In this document: piece after piece, positions 60,621-64,000 of the stretch | How positions within the stretch are numbered: position 1 is the first letter of the stretch | Layout: the number at the start of each line of letters is the position of its first letter | Source: Octopus sinensis | Lineage: Eukaryota | Direction of reading: 5' to 3' | NCBI RefSeq assembly: GCF_006345805.1 | Contig: NW_021833438.1 | Location: 10,688 to 74,687 of the forward strand | DNA: 64,000 bases | Translations under genes and position numbers: made by a program | The notes under the pieces: model-generated | What the model saw: only the letters and a program-made list of their open reading frames with translations | Databases searched by the model: none | What the model was told of the DNA's origin: nothing

Positions 60621-60868
60621 GTATATATATAAAGTTTGTTTTCTATGTTTTTATTTTTTGTTTTCATTTCTCATTGTGTTCAACGTTTTTTTGATGTCCT
60701 GTACCCATATATGCATGTATATATACATATATATGTACGTACATATATGTATGTATATATGCATATATTTGTATATTATTAATTACATATTTATATGTAT
60801 GTATATATGCATATATTTATATATTATAATATAAATATAATATATTTATATTATATTTATATATTATT

Positions 60869-61262
60869 ACTAGCAGTATCGCCCGGCGTTGCTCGGGTTT
60901 GTAAGGGAAATAACTATATAAGCATTTTTAGAGATGTAAAGTATAATAGCCATCTCAATATGGCTAACCACAAAGGGTGGTGTTACTGTAGCTTTTTACG
61001 TTCTGAGATTTAATAATACATTTTTAGAGAGTTACTTCCCTTATATATGCCAAAAATGCATTAAAAATGGGAAAAATTGATGATAACTTTTGTTTTAAAT
61101 CGTAGACTTATTGTAGACGCGCGCTAATACCCAGAAGGGCTCGATATGAATCACGACTATAAGATACCCGGTTTTGGTTAAACTGCACCGCAAAATGTGG
61201 GAGTAAAGAATCTAAATCGTAGGAGACAAACAGCACACAACCTCATTTTTATATATAAAGAT
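60869..61262 (-). mobile_element. Non-autonomous Helitron
   Basis: Same termini as 17998-18287. Confidence 0.85.
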
Positions 61263-61264
61263 AT

Positions 61265-62650
61265 GATCGAACGCCACGCATCCTTTTCCAAGTAAGTTTT
61301 ATCTTAATAATTACGACGCGCACTCTTATTCTACCTCTTCTCTGTCTATCTATCTCCCCCTCTTGTTCTTCCTTTCTGTTTTTTTCTCCCACCCTTTCCC
61401 TATTCTTCTCCTCTCCCCTTCGTTGTTACCTCTATCTCTCTCTCTCTCTCTCTCACTCTTCCTCCTTGACTCTCTTGTTGCTCACACTTGACGAAAGGCC
61501 ATCCATTCTTTCTTTCTTCTACTGCCTTCCTAAAAACAAGACGTGCTTTTATCTGTCTCATCTCAAAGCTCGTTTCTCCAGCGTTCACCACTTCACATCG
61601 TCTTAGCTTAACAGCCCTCGCCGTTTGTTTTTACTGTTTTGTTTTCACTGTCTTGCTTTTGTTACCACTTTCATCCTCCGCAAAAAATCCCAAATTTTAT
61701 TTAACTTGCTTTACGGGAAGGACTGTTTTAACGAAGCCGCGTCTTGTCCTTACCTTCGTAACGCGGAGTTGATGAAACAAGGGACAACTGATGAAGGGAA
61801 TGTTCTTTATGTTGCATGTCTCGTTTCTCTGTTTGTCCTTTCGTTGTCCGAAAAAAAGTTTGTTTTCTATGTTTTTGATTTTTATGTTTTCGTTTCTCAT
61901 TCTGTCCACGTTTTTTAATGTCCTGTACCCATATATGCATGTATATATACATATATATGTAGGTATGTCATATATGTCTCGTCGCTGACACGTGACGAAA
62001 GGGAATCTACCTTTCTAACCACAACCTTCGTAAAGACTAAACGCGCTTATACTGTCTTCCTAAACGTTTATAATAATTTTTCTATCGTCTTGGCTTAACA
62101 TCCTTTACCGTTTGTTTTTACTGTTTTGTTCTCATTGTTCTGTTTTTTTACTGTTTTCACTGTTTTGTTCTCACTGTCCTGTTTTGGTTATCACTTTCAC
62201 CCTCCGCAAAAAATCCCAAATTTTATCTAATTTGCTTTGCGGGAAGGACTGTTTTAACGAAATCGCGTATTGTCCTTACCTTAGAAACGCGGAGTAGATA
62301 AAACAGGGGACAACTGATGAAGGGGAATATTCTTTATGTTGCATGTCTCGTTTCTCTGGGGTTTTTTTTCGTTGTTCGAAGGGCAATATTCCTTGTGTTG
62401 TATGTCTTGTACTCTGTTTTTTTTTTCGTTGTTTGAAAAAAAGTTCGTTTTCTATGATTTTGTTTTCCATGTTTTCGTTTCACATTGTATTCAACGTTTT
62501 TTTAATGTCCTGTACCCATATATGCATGTATATATATATACATATATTTATGTAGATATGTACATATATGTATGTATATATGCATATATTTATATATTAT
62601 TTATATTATTGTATGATCGAACGCCACGCATCCTTCTCCAAGTAAGTTTT
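61265..62650 (+). mobile_element. Family D elements in partial tandem
   Basis: Two CAACTGATGAAGGG..GTCCTGTACCCATATATGCATG units; the 5' end recurs at 62615. Confidence 0.75.
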
Positions 62651-62703
62651 ATTTCTCTCTCTCTATATATATATACTTACTTACATACATGTGTATGTGT
62701 GTA

Positions 62704-62734
<31 letters not shown>

Positions 62735-63012
62735 ATGTATGTATGCATGTATAAGTGGTTTCTCCTTGAGCCGCCACTTTTAGCCGCCTTCGATGGGCAT
62801 TCTCAGGTCCACATTTTTCAGTTACCGTTGAAGCCGGAGTTTTAGTGGTAAACCAAACTGAGCACTCACAGTACATGCCTCTTACATTACGTCAGTTGAC
62901 GGAAATTCCTTATATATATGTATATATAAGAGAACAAAGTGTACGTACGCCGCATATATATATTATATATATATATATATATAGATATAATATATATATA
63001 TATATATAGATA

Positions 63013-63203
63013 TAATACAAAATAGGACAAGAACGCAAAACATCCGGACAACTAGGTGATACAAAAAGGAGCAACAAAACATCCAGATAGACGATACAAA
63101 AAACAAAAAACAAAAAGAAAATCGTCTTTCTAGACGTTTTGTTGTCCCTTTGTGTATCACCTAGTTGTCCGGATGTTTTCCGTTCTTGTCCCATTTGGTA
63201 TTA
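63013..63203. repeat. Fold-back with ~83-bp arms in (TA)n
   Basis: AACATCCGGACAACTAGGTGATACA versus TGTATCACCTAGTTGTCCGGATGTT; related to 8300-8360 and 47145-47200. Confidence 0.85.
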
Positions 63204-63265
63204 TATATATATATTATATATATATATATATACTTTATTTAAAGCAGCAGAAAATTCAACAAAAT

Positions 63266-63303
63266 CTGTTACTCTGAGTTTCTCGTTGCCGTTCATCAGA
63301 CAT
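63266..63303 (-). ncRNA. Type I hammerhead, left arm of a palindrome
   Basis: Reverse complement: TGT CTGATGA ACG GCAA CGA GAAAC TCAGA GTA ACA. Confidence 0.75.
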
Positions 63304-63370
63304 TTGCTAGAATGGAACCGATACATCAATTCAATCCTGAATTGATATATCAATTCCATTCTAGCAAAAA

Positions 63371-63408
63371 CTGTCTGATGAACGGCAACGAGAAACTCAG
63401 AGTAACAG
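63371..63408 (+). ncRNA. Type I hammerhead, right arm of a palindrome
   Basis: CTGT CTGATGA ACG GCAA CGA GAAAC TCAGA GTA ACAG; predicted cut after 63404. Confidence 0.8.
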
Positions 63409-63553
63409 ATTTTGTTGAATTTTCTGCTGCTTTAAATAAAGCATATACTCTACCACTGGTATTTGGTACTCTTTTTTCCACCTTGTTTCACATTTATGTG
63501 TTTACTCCGATATATATATATATAATATATATATATATAATATATATATAGAG

Positions 63554-63586
<33 letters not shown>

Positions 63587-63784
63587 CAGTAAGAAAATGG
63601 AGCGGATCAATAGGTGGTATTCATCAACTTTTAGATATTATATTATGTCAATTTATTTATTTATTTACTAAAATGACAATTACAACAATATACATACATG
63701 TATAACATATGCTTTACATATATAATATAAAGATACCAGTAATTATTAAAATATATAACATATAGCAATAGAAATTGGGAAAAT

Positions 63785-63908
63785 ATCTTACAGCTGTTTC
63801 AGCCAAGAGGCAAAAATACCTCATTCTACTTTTGTCCCTCCAGTAGACTGAAGTAATAAGTAGATGAAATTGAGGTACATGGGTGTTTCTCTAGGCTTCG
63901 TCAGAGAT
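63785..63908 (-). ncRNA. Canonical Type I hammerhead with a 97-nt rod-like stem II
   Basis: Reverse complement: ATCT CTGACGA AGCCTAGAG..TACCTCA..TCTACTT..CTTCAG/CTGGAG..AAGTAGA..TGAGGTA..CTCTTGGCT GAAAC AGCT GTA AGAT. Confidence 0.85.
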
Positions 63909-63968
63909 TTTAGAAAGTACATAAGGTTAAGTTATAATATGAAGACACACACATATACATACTTATAC

Positions 63969-63999
<31 letters not shown>

Positions 64000-64000
64000 T

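Overview
Eukaryotic, very AT-rich DNA saturated with repeats. The SINE families and microsatellite load best fit an octopus (cephalopod) intergenic or intronic region; this is recognition, not a database result. I found no intact host protein-coding exon, and almost all long ORFs in the supplied track are read-throughs of microsatellites or minisatellites. The window holds four SINE-like families in many copies, RTE and R4/Dong LINE fragments, Penelope-like element (PLE) RT and GIY-YIG remnants, Tc1, mariner and maT transposon relics, MITEs, Helitron-type elements and several tandem arrays. The main hidden signal is about 21 Type I hammerhead-ribozyme motifs from roughly 12 unrelated short-element families. 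They share a palindromic, dimer-type stem III whose sequence differs between families, mostly use a GUA cleavage triplet, and usually lie beside (TA)n tracts, often in fold-back pairs. The set includes recurrent non-canonical cores (CUGUNGA, CCGANGA) and a canonical motif with a 97-nt stem II. A second theme is microsatellite-associated R4/Dong LINEs at (TAA)n and (TACA)n. There is also one candidate host promoter (Inr plus exactly spaced DPE plus splice donor) at about 48.3 kb. All ribozyme calls are manual motif and base-pairing reads, not tested activity. Most repeat boundaries are approximate.
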